Source of the DNA: a virus
Lineage: Duplodnaviria > Heunggongvirae > Uroviricota > Caudoviricetes
DNA: 19,193 nucleotides
Virus record (IMG/VR): IMGVR_UViG_3300043119_000318
Reading direction: 5' to 3' (one strand)
In this document: positions 5,511-12,112 of the stretch, piece by piece
How the letters are laid out: each line of letters opens with the position of its first letter
How positions within the stretch are numbered: the stretch's first letter is position 1
The notes under the pieces: model-generated
What the model saw: the letters and a program-made list of their open reading frames with translations, nothing else
Databases searched by the model: none
Told to the model about the DNA's origin: nothing
Position numbers and translations under genes: made by a program

Positions 5511-5515
5511 ATTAT

Positions 5516-5591
5516 TGGTGCAACCTGCAGGGATCGAACCTGCTTCAATGGCTCTTCAAACCACCGCTATGACCACATCAGCTAAAGTTGC
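5516..5591 (-). tRNA. tRNA-Phe(GAA)
   Basis: TTGAAGA loop, GCAACTT/AGGTTGC acceptor, CCA. Confidence 0.92.
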
Positions 5592-5605
5592 ATAAAATTC
5601 TTAGG

Positions 5606-5676
5606 GGTGACTAATGGGAGTTGAACCCATACAAAGAGAATCACAATCTCTGATGCTACCGCTACATCATAGTCAC
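5606..5676 (-). tRNA. tRNA-His(GTG), no encoded G-1 or CCA
   Basis: AGAGA-TTGTGAT-TCTCT arm, C73; position -1 is U and the 3' end reads CCU. Confidence 0.85.
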
Positions 5677-5691
5677 ACCTAAGAACTCGTT

Positions 5692-5755
5692 TGGTAGGAG
5701 CAGAGGGATTCGAACCCTCGACCAACGGATTAAAAGTCCGCTGCGCCATACTCCC
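5692..5755 (-). pseudogene. tRNA-Lys(TTT) lacking the D-arm (64 nt)
   Basis: Intact acceptor, anticodon and T arms and CCA, but only 7 nt (TGGCGCA) between acceptor and anticodon stems. Confidence 0.8.
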
Positions 5756-5756
5756 A

Positions 5757-5846
5757 TATTAAAACACACTATAGCTTCCTCTTGAGGCTTGCTAGACATT
5801 TTGCTTCGTAGCACTGAGCCTTGTACTCAGATAATATGTTTTAATA
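5757..5846 (-). ncRNA. Candidate multi-branch structured RNA
   Basis: 10-bp closing inverted repeat TATTAAAACA/TGTTTTAATA enclosing three hairpins. Confidence 0.45.
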
Positions 5847-5922
5847 TGGCACCCCCTGATGGATTCGAACCACCGCATGTCGGAATCAAAATCCGATGCC
5901 TTACCAGCTTGGCTAAGAGGGT
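5847..5922 (-). tRNA. tRNA-Gln(TTG)
   Basis: TCGGA-TTTTGAT-TCCGA arm, G73, CCA. Confidence 0.94.
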
Positions 5923-5926
5923 ACAT

Positions 5927-5952
5927 AGACTGACTACCGAAGCAGTCAGTCT
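5927..5952 (-). other. 11-bp C(UUCG)G hairpin just 5' of the first tRNA
   Basis: AGACTGACTGC-TTCG-GTAGTCAGTCT, no U-tract; probably a stabilising or processing hairpin. Confidence 0.65.
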
Positions 5953-6020
5953 CATAAATTGGTACGCAAATTGTTAAAGATCTTTAGTCAAACAGCCGTT
6001 GCCATTCAACGTAAGCACCT

Positions 6021-6049
6021 ATTTTACTTCAAACCTGAATTAAAGTCAA
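6021..6049 (-). promoter_or_regulatory. Sigma70-type early promoter for the tRNA array
   Basis: TTGACT-17 nt-TAAAAT. Confidence 0.85.
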
Positions 6050-6107
6050 GCACTTCTTTCAAGCTAAGCGAAGAACAGAACAACCTCTTCACTCAACCTA
6101 AGCACCT

Positions 6108-6136
6108 ATTTTACTTCAGAAGTGAATTAAAGTAAA
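6108..6136 (-). promoter_or_regulatory. Early promoter (TTTACT variant) for the tRNA array
   Basis: TTTACT-17 nt-TAAAAT, near-identical context to 1258-1286. Confidence 0.8.
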
Positions 6137-6169
6137 GCACTTCATAAGACCCTACAGTCTGTAGGGGTA

Positions 6170-6210
6170 AAACAAAAAACCCTCGAGAGACTTTCATCTC
6201 CGAGGGTTTT
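6170..6210 (-). terminator. Rho-independent terminator (conditional, see attenuator finding)
   Basis: AAAACCCTCG/CGAGGGTTTT stem with GAGA/TCTC extension, then TTTTTTGTTTT. Confidence 0.85.
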
Positions 6211-6254
6211 GGTAAAATTAAGTAAGACCGTTACGTCTTCTTACCAAAACCCTC
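6202..6254 (-). promoter_or_regulatory. Candidate antiterminator hairpin
   Basis: 14-bp perfect inverted repeat 6241-6254/6202-6215 that overlaps the terminator 5' arm. Confidence 0.7.
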
Positions 6255-6356
6255 AACATCATACTCAATCGCAAATACATTTCCTGATTGTGGGCGTGCG
6301 CCTGTCCAGACTCTATTTGATAGAGGTAGATGTTTTCTGGATAAGAGACACGACAT
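6231..6356 (-). CDS. Candidate leader peptide, 41 aa (MSCLLSRKHLPLSNRVWTGARPQSGNVFAIEYDVEGFGKKT)
   Basis: AAGGAA RBS with an in-frame TTG alternative start; follows the promoter at 6411-6439; the stop lies in the antiterminator loop. Confidence 0.65.
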   Translation of the reverse strand: MSCLLSRKHLPLSNRVWTGARPQSGNVFAIEYDVEGFGKKT

Positions 6357-6410
6357 TTGCAATTGATTCCTTGGTTTGATAAGACTATGCCTTATCATCT
6401 ATTTAGCGTT

Positions 6411-6439
6411 ATTATACAGCGATTTTCGTTTAAAGTCAA
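6411..6439 (-). promoter_or_regulatory. Sigma70-type promoter driving the leader
   Basis: TTGACT-17 nt-TATAAT; the -35 box contains the TGA stop of the deaminase. Confidence 0.85.
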
Positions 6440-6873
6440 GTTTTTTCAACATTTATTTCGCACTTCACCAGAAAGTCTTCACCAGCGGTGTCACGGTAGC
6501 TGTTACGGTAGTAAACGTTCTTGATTCCAGCGCCGTAGACCAACTTAGCACAGTTGATGCAAGGAGCATGAGTGATGAATATGCTGGCGCCAGTGCCTCG
6601 TTCACCATCGCGTGCCAACTTGAGAATTGCATTAGCTTCTGCATGAATAACCTCATCTTTTGTTTTCAATGTTACCAACCACTTGTCGTCGACATCGACA
6701 ACAATTTCTTCTTCACACTCATTACTCCAGCCAGCTGGCATTCCATTATAGCCGATGGAGATTATACGGTTTTCTTGGACTACCACTGCACCCACCTTCA
6801 ACCTGGTGGCAGAACTCAGCTGAGCAAAACGCTCAGCAGTATCCATGAATGCATCAATCCATTTCTGTTTCAT
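6436..6873 (-). CDS. cd: dCMP deaminase
   Basis: VGAVVV...GYNG, HAEANA and PCINC zinc motifs; start moved to the MKQKW Met, just after the upstream stop. Confidence 0.92.
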   Translation of the reverse strand: MKQKWIDAFMDTAERFAQLSSATRLKVGAVVVQENRIISIGYNGMPAGWSNECEEEIVVDVDDKWLVTLKTKDEVIHAEANAILKLARDGERGTGASIFITHAPCINCAKLVYGAGIKNVYYRNSYRDTAGEDFLVKCEINVEKT

Positions 6874-6874
6874 A

Positions 6875-7195
6875 TTAGCGATAGTAGCAAGCAGTAAATT
6901 CGCGAACCTGACCAAATTGATCTTGAATGAATTTTACTTCACAGTACTGTTTTGGTGCAGGTTGATAAACAGGCATCGGCTCAGGCTGATATACAACTTG
7001 CGGTTGTACGATAACTTGACCGCGCTGCGAGTTCATAATAACTCCGGTCACAACACCACCGATAACGGTACCGATAATAATATCACGAGTTCCGTTATGG
7101 TGCTGGTGCCTATGATTTTGAGCACAAGCAGGTGCCGATGCCAAAATACCAACAGAGGCGACAGCAACAGCGGCGATCAAAAAGACTTTCTTCAC
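6875..7195 (-). CDS. Hypothetical exported protein (signal peptide, Gly-zipper-like segment, Pro/Gln-rich)
   Basis: GTG start after an AAGGAA RBS and downstream of the promoter; MKKVFLIAAVAVASVGILASAPACAQ resembles a signal peptide. Confidence 0.7.
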   Translation of the reverse strand: MKKVFLIAAVAVASVGILASAPACAQNHRHQHHNGTRDIIIGTVIGGVVTGVIMNSQRGQVIVQPQVVYQPEPMPVYQPAPKQYCEVKFIQDQFGQVREFTACYYR

Positions 7196-7225
7196 TTCGG
7201 GTTCCTTTTTAACTTTCTTACAGCT

Positions 7226-7254
7226 ATTATACTCCAGGAGCGAATTAAAGTCAA
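7226..7254 (-). promoter_or_regulatory. Sigma70-type early promoter
   Basis: TTGACT-17 nt-TATAAT. Confidence 0.85.
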
Positions 7255-7262
7255 CACCTTCC

Positions 7263-7291
7263 AAATAACCCCTCGCTCCGGAGGGTTATTT
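7263..7291 (-). terminator. Probable terminator hairpin
   Basis: AAATAACCC/GGGTTATTT inverted repeat just after the 7296 stop. Confidence 0.65.
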
Positions 7292-7295
7292 CCCA

Positions 7296-7775
7296 CTAGA
7301 CTTGGGCTCCAGGCAGTGTCACCTCGTTTTTTACCTTGGCAGCCTTCTTTGCAGGGGCTGTAGGGGTCGCTGGAGGCGTCGATTGCACGAAGCCAGCGTC
7401 GTACAGGGTTCTGTGCGTCAGGTTCGGGTAGAGCCTTGGAAGGTCCTGGTCTTTGACTGCCATGAGCAACGCTGCCTCGGTAGGGTGCACGCTTTCTAGA
7501 AGATTAATAAAAAGAGATTCTCTGCGAACTTGAGTTAAATCTTTTCTAGTAAAGATATAGAATTTCTTAACTTCCATATGTAAATTAGCTGGGCTCATAC
7601 CAATTGGAGCAGCGTCTTTCTTAAATGGAGGATCACCTTCCGGAAGGAGAAACTTTCTAGCTGGATTAAATGCAAACTCGAAAACGAATTGCAAAGATGC
7701 ATTCTCTTTATACTTAGAAGCAATCTTTGGGTTGTTATTAATCTCGGTTAGCATTTCAGTAATATATTTTGTCAT
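7296..7775 (-). CDS. Conserved T4-like phage hypothetical protein (DUF6433-like)
   Basis: LPEGDPPFK, RRESLFINLLESVHP.EA motifs; usual position next to RNase H. Confidence 0.7.
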   Translation of the reverse strand: MTKYITEMLTEINNNPKIASKYKENASLQFVFEFAFNPARKFLLPEGDPPFKKDAAPIGMSPANLHMEVKKFYIFTRKDLTQVRRESLFINLLESVHPTEAALLMAVKDQDLPRLYPNLTHRTLYDAGFVQSTPPATPTAPAKKAAKVKNEVTLPGAQV

Positions 7776-8668
7776 CAGAAATCCTCAATATCGTTCAAAA
7801 GCAGTCGACACTTTTTGTTAATTAGATAGTTCATGACCGACATGCGATCACCCTTTGGTTTGTTATTTAGATATGCAGTGGTGATTTCTTTTGAAAGATC
7901 TTCGGGAATGAATTCAAAATCAACCAGAGTCTGATTCCGATGCCAATTACGACGTTCTTCATCGTTCTTACATGCAGCGAAACCAATCTCAAGGAATTCG
8001 TCAAGTCGTTTCTGAGAAACAGATTTCTGACGCTCACCTTTAACAAAGACATCATCTTTACTTAGGATGTTTGGAATACCATCGTCACTAGCTTTAACGA
8101 TATGGGTGATAATTTTCTCGTGCAGTTCTTTCTTAGTAACCTTGATGTACTTTTTCTGCATCGGTGACCACTGGCTCACGTTATCAAATTTTTGCAGTTG
8201 GAAGAAATCTCCATCTGAAGAAAGAATAAGAACCTTCTGCGGATCTTCCATCAAACCCTGCTGAACCAACGCATTGGTTTGTGTCCACTTAGCCATGACA
8301 GCAATAATGTCATCTGCTTCTGCACGTTCAACGTGAATAACACGATAAGGGAAGTGCTCAATCAAATCAGCACGCATATCAGAAAGTGTGTCAAAGATCA
8401 GCGTCCAATCCAGATCTGAATTCTCGCGTGCCTTCTTACGTCCAGCTTTGTAGTATTCAAAGAAATCTCGGCGCCAGTACTTACGACCATCACAACAGAT
8501 TACAACTTCACCATACTCTTTACCATACTTCTTCTTGAAGGACTTGATGGTAGAAAGTGTAACGTGACGAATAAGATTAATAACCTCAGCTTCATTACCT
8601 TTCAATTCTCGTTGAAAGGTAAGAATAGCTGCCAGAGATACCTGACTATAATCAACCAAAATCATCAA
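7775..8668 (-). CDS. rnh: T4-type RNase H (5'-3' exonuclease)
   Basis: ILVDYSQ, CCDGRKYWRR, YKAGR, EADDIIA, SSDGDFFQL and DDGIPNILS motifs. Confidence 0.93.
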   Translation of the reverse strand: MMILVDYSQVSLAAILTFQRELKGNEAEVINLIRHVTLSTIKSFKKKYGKEYGEVVICCDGRKYWRRDFFEYYKAGRKKARENSDLDWTLIFDTLSDMRADLIEHFPYRVIHVERAEADDIIAVMAKWTQTNALVQQGLMEDPQKVLILSSDGDFFQLQKFDNVSQWSPMQKKYIKVTKKELHEKIITHIVKASDDGIPNILSKDDVFVKGERQKSVSQKRLDEFLEIGFAACKNDEERRNWHRNQTLVDFEFIPEDLSKEITTAYLNNKPKGDRMSVMNYLINKKCRLLLNDIEDF

Positions 8669-9762
8669 AACGCTCCCAGAATAATAGTTTCTTCATTAAT
8701 ACGACCATTGGGCACAGCAGGCTTAGAAGTCAACTTCTTCAAAGCAGCACCCAGCGCACGTTTACCCATAACCAAACCCTTGAAGAATTCTTCAGGCTTA
8801 CGCACGGTCATCACCTTGGATTCCTTGATATCAAATCCAAGGATAGTCGTACCGCGAACAGACAAAGTTCCCGACTCTGCCTTGTAGACAGTGACACGAC
8901 GGTACTTGGTGTTGTACACCCAAACTTCATCAGTTCCAACCATAGTCTCAGGCTTAACCGACTTCAACCCCAACTCAGTGAATTCCTTCATGTACTTAAC
9001 GTTGGCAGTGATCTTTGAAGCAGGCTGCGGTTTACGCACACGAGGAGCGCGAACAGCCTTGGCAGACTGGACTTGTTGCGTGCAGTCTTCAACGATTGAC
9101 ACAACGAAAGCCAGGAACTTCTTCAAATCACGCTTTGGGAGATGCTTGTAACCCTCAACCAACTGAGCGTCAGTACCAGCGACAGCTTCCTGCAACTCAG
9201 CAACCAGACGCGTATACTTCTCGCCGATGCGCTTTGCCACCGGAGAAGAAATATGGTAAGACTTCAGGTATTGCTTGGCAGAGAATTCTTTCTTTTCCTT
9301 GACAAAATCATCAATGGCTGCATCAATCTCCGCGGCATGCTTGGAAGCACTCTCTGCCATACGATCTTGAATAGAAACCTTTGGAGTTTCCGCAACAACT
9401 ACCTTGGCAACTGCCTTGGTTTTCTTGTACTTGACAGAGAGCTCCTTGATGATCCGAGTGATGTGATTATCCTCGTTTTCGCGAAGGACTTGATCACGCA
9501 TAGAAAGACGACACAGAAATGCCAACGAGCGCAGTTCAAAGTCCGTGGCAGAATTCAGAGGAATAACTGCAGTCTTCAGGTTGTGCGTGACCAGATACTG
9601 CAACACCCACTTACGGCGATCCTTATCGGTAGAATTAGCATTGTACCAATTCAGTGCCAACACCAGATCTTTGTTATAAGAATCCAGAGCCAGCGTGGGC
9701 TCGATATCCTTCTTAGCGAAGATACGGTGAGCTTTTTCGCGACGTTTAGCAGTGTTTTGCAT
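8665..9762 (-). CDS. Conserved hypothetical protein of T4-like phages
   Basis: Long ORF; start set at MQNTAK after a GAGGT RBS; own promoter. Confidence 0.75.
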   Translation of the reverse strand: MQNTAKRREKAHRIFAKKDIEPTLALDSYNKDLVLALNWYNANSTDKDRRKWVLQYLVTHNLKTAVIPLNSATDFELRSLAFLCRLSMRDQVLRENEDNHITRIIKELSVKYKKTKAVAKVVVAETPKVSIQDRMAESASKHAAEIDAAIDDFVKEKKEFSAKQYLKSYHISSPVAKRIGEKYTRLVAELQEAVAGTDAQLVEGYKHLPKRDLKKFLAFVVSIVEDCTQQVQSAKAVRAPRVRKPQPASKITANVKYMKEFTELGLKSVKPETMVGTDEVWVYNTKYRRVTVYKAESGTLSVRGTTILGFDIKESKVMTVRKPEEFFKGLVMGKRALGAALKKLTSKPAVPNGRINEETIILGAF

Positions 9763-9787
9763 AGGTGACCTCATCAAGTTAAAGACT

Positions 9788-9816
9788 ATTTTACTCTGAA
9801 GATGAATTAAAGTAAA
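9788..9816 (-). promoter_or_regulatory. Early promoter (TTTACT variant)
   Basis: TTTACT-17 nt-TAAAAT with the TTAATTC spacer block. Confidence 0.8.
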
Positions 9817-9839
9817 GCCCCTTCACTTCGTAGGGCTTT
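9814..9839 (-). terminator. Probable terminator overlapping the next -35 box
   Basis: AAAGCCC/GGGCTTT stem followed by TTTACTTT. Confidence 0.6.
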
Positions 9840-10126
9840 TACATGCATGGAGTGAACTGCTTGACAGATTCCCAGCGGAACGAGCGCCACTGTTGCTTGT
9901 CTAAGTCAAAGACCCGAATCGTCGGTCCAGGAGTGCTGGTAGCTTCTTCGCCATCGGTTTTTGGCTGGCTTTCTTGTGGGATGCTAGCTGGGTTGAGTGT
10001 GCATCGCATTTTTCGTTCTGTTCCGTCTTGCTTGGTAAAAACGACAGTGCATCCTTCTGCAAGAGAACGCAAATTTTCGATTGCCCAGGGTTGTAGTTCA
10101 TTAAATCGTTCCAGATTGGTCTTCAT
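9839..10126 (-). CDS. WYL_2/DUF2693-like SH3-fold protein
   Basis: VVFTKQDGTERKMRCTL and RVFDLDKQQWRSFR motifs. Confidence 0.75.
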   Translation of the reverse strand: MKTNLERFNELQPWAIENLRSLAEGCTVVFTKQDGTERKMRCTLNPASIPQESQPKTDGEEATSTPGPTIRVFDLDKQQWRSFRWESVKQFTPCM

Positions 10127-10346
10127 TGTAAAATTCTTTCAAATGGTTAATAAATGGCAGCATCATTTCTTTCAATGCCTCAGGAGAAGGATACATCTTA
10201 GTTTCAGTTTCTTGAATAATGCAACCATCACTATCCAATACTTTACGTGAGAGTTTAAACTCAACCGTATCATAAGGTAGAGCTTTCAGAGATAGTGTAG
10301 TTGCAACATCATTAGCAACATGTGTACGTTCAAAATTAATACTCAT
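10101..10346 (-). CDS. Hypothetical protein (81 aa)
   Basis: ATG after an AAGGA RBS, overlapping the upstream stop. Confidence 0.6.
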   Translation of the reverse strand: MSINFERTHVANDVATTLSLKALPYDTVEFKLSRKVLDSDGCIIQETETKMYPSPEALKEMMLPFINHLKEFYNEDQSGTI

Positions 10347-10500
10347 ATAGATCCTTCTTGTGTTTAGATTTACGTTGAAATGAGACTTTGCTATCAACTA
10401 CACGCATACGATACTTAGGCGTATGCAAGTCCTTAGCAACAAGGTCACGAGGTTTATTATACTCAACCTTTACCTTTAGATCAAATTTATCTGTTTTCAT
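10336..10500 (-). CDS. 54-aa basic protein, ArfA (ribosome rescue factor)-like
   Basis: AGGAA RBS, own promoter; LHTPKYRMRVVDSKVSFQRKSKH resembles the ArfA core as I recall it (LHDPLFRQRV...SYMRKGKH). Confidence 0.65.
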   Translation of the reverse strand: MKTDKFDLKVKVEYNKPRDLVAKDLHTPKYRMRVVDSKVSFQRKSKHKKDLYEY

Positions 10501-10529
10501 AAGTGTTCCTAATCAAACCCAACACCGTT

Positions 10530-10558
10530 ATTTTACACCGACTGCGCTTTAAAGTCAA
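10530..10558 (-). promoter_or_regulatory. Sigma70-type early promoter
   Basis: TTGACT-17 nt-TAAAAT. Confidence 0.85.
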
Positions 10559-10569
10559 CTAAATGTGAA

Positions 10570-10594
10570 AAGACCCTACTGACAGTAGGGTCTT
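10570..10594. terminator. Probable terminator hairpin
   Basis: 11-bp perfect inverted repeat AAGACCCTACT/AGTAGGGTCTT. Confidence 0.7.
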
Positions 10595-10615
10595 GAGTGT
10601 GAGCTTAGAGTGTGT

Positions 10616-11071
10616 TTATCTAACTTTACCGAATACTTTGTATTCTAGTAAATCGATGCGACTATCTAAATCTGCACGTGCCAGTGCTGAATCTTCACGA
10701 ACTTTTGCCCTACCTAAAGCGGCTTCTTCCCTTAAAGCTGCCATATCTTTAGTACGTTCTAAAGTCATAGATGCTCTCGCCAATGCAGATTCTTCTCTGA
10801 TTCTTTCCATCTCAATGGTAGTACCTTGTGGTGGAATTGCTTTATTTTCTGAATTCACGACTACATTGATTTTACCCTGCAAAATCGTAAGATCATGACT
10901 AGTGTTACTAAGAGCAGACATTAGATATACTATGCATGAAAACATGATTGGTATACCAGCAAAGGTTATCTTTTCAACTAAAGATCCTTTACTACTCGAA
11001 GCACTATATGATTCTTTAAGTTTGTCTACTTCTTTTGATAATTTATCAATATCTTGTTCTTGTGTTGACAC
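10616..11071 (-). CDS. Hypothetical single-pass membrane protein
   Basis: GTG start after AAGGGG; one hydrophobic segment followed by helical repeats. Confidence 0.7.
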   Translation of the reverse strand: MSTQEQDIDKLSKEVDKLKESYSASSSKGSLVEKITFAGIPIMFSCIVYLMSALSNTSHDLTILQGKINVVVNSENKAIPPQGTTIEMERIREESALARASMTLERTKDMAALREEAALGRAKVREDSALARADLDSRIDLLEYKVFGKVR

Positions 11072-11125
11072 TTGTATCCCCTTATAATTGTTATAGGATT
11101 TACAATTATTTAGGTTTTTTACAAT

Positions 11126-12112
11126 TTAAGGCGTGATTCTTCTACCAACCGAGTCATAAGTTATAGGTTTCTTGGGACGATCGTCCCAAGGAGGATATTC
11201 CTCAGTATAATTATTTTCTTGCGGAGAATTTATTGTTTCTGTGGAAACTGTGCTTATAATATGTTCTTCAGGTTCTGGTGGAACCTCGGCTGCATTATCT
11301 GGTGCCGGTGGTGCGACTTGCGTTACAGCATCTGTTATTTGTGGATTTATTACATCTTTAACAAGAGATTCCCTGTTAAGCTGCCAGTTTGCTGCAATTA
11401 GAAGTAAAACTGCCAGTGGGTCAAATACACATACGATTAATAAGATAACAATACGAACTGCAGATTCAAGCGTGTTTGTGTCAGTTGAATCACTGTAAAT
11501 AAGCGCAGCAATGTATTTAATTGGACCAACCTCAGCCTCGACCTTGCGAACTTCAGATGCAATGGGTGCTCGTTCTTCATTTAATTTGGTGATTTTAGCC
11601 TGCGCTGTTCCAATATCAGCCAGAATTGTGGCTCTTTCCTTCTGTTGAGACTTTCTAATCTGTAAAGATCGTTCGACACCCTTGGAGTCGTCGCTTCGCC
11701 CAATAGTTTGGTCAACCTGTAGATCAAGTTGCTTGATTTGTTTTCGAGCTACGTCTACATTATCTTTTTCAGTTTTAATCTTCTCATCTAAGAGAGCTAG
11801 CTTTGCTGCTACTTCACCCGAAGGAACTGCTTGGTCTAAGTGTGCCTTGGAGAGATATCCAAAAATTCCCATTGATGTCAACATCATCAAAATTACAAGG
11901 GCAGTAGTGAAGTATGCCTTCATTAAAATTGGAATTTCTTTCCAAGAGCGATATAACCAAGATGCTACAACTAACTTAGATGCCTCTAATAGAGAGCCCA
12001 TGACTAAAATTGGAATCGGTGCAGCTGCGAAAATAGCTACAAGACCCATTATCGAATAATAGGCAGCAACACCTGACAATCCAAATGCTGTTGCGAATAG
12101 CAAGTAAACCAT
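11126..12112 (-). CDS. Hypothetical multi-pass membrane protein with a coiled coil
   Basis: Three N-terminal hydrophobic helices, heptad-rich middle, C-terminal TM segment and Pro/acidic tail. Confidence 0.8.
   Translation of the reverse strand: MVYLLFATAFGLSGVAAYYSIMGLVAIFAAAPIPILVMGSLLEASKLVVASWLYRSWKEIPILMKAYFTTALVILMMLTSMGIFGYLSKAHLDQAVPSGEVAAKLALLDEKIKTEKDNVDVARKQIKQLDLQVDQTIGRSDDSKGVERSLQIRKSQQKERATILADIGTAQAKITKLNEERAPIASEVRKVEAEVGPIKYIAALIYSDSTDTNTLESAVRIVILLIVCVFDPLAVLLLIAANWQLNRESLVKDVINPQITDAVTQVAPPAPDNAAEVPPEPEEHIISTVSTETINSPQENNYTEEYPPWDDRPKKPITYDSVGRRITP

Noticed and set aside
242-5977. Short ORF-track entries overlapping tRNAs (242-460, 503-703, 650-859, 870-1121, 4116-4370, 4133-4354, 4147-4344, 5789-5977)
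   Set aside because: Chance frames through tRNA genes or alternative frames of real genes; no RBS or protein motifs.
10398-10422. RNase III-type regulatory hairpin in the ArfA-like gene
   Set aside because: Only a 7-bp GCATACG/CGTATGC stem in mid-gene; too short, and misplaced relative to the 3' hairpin that regulates E. coli arfA.
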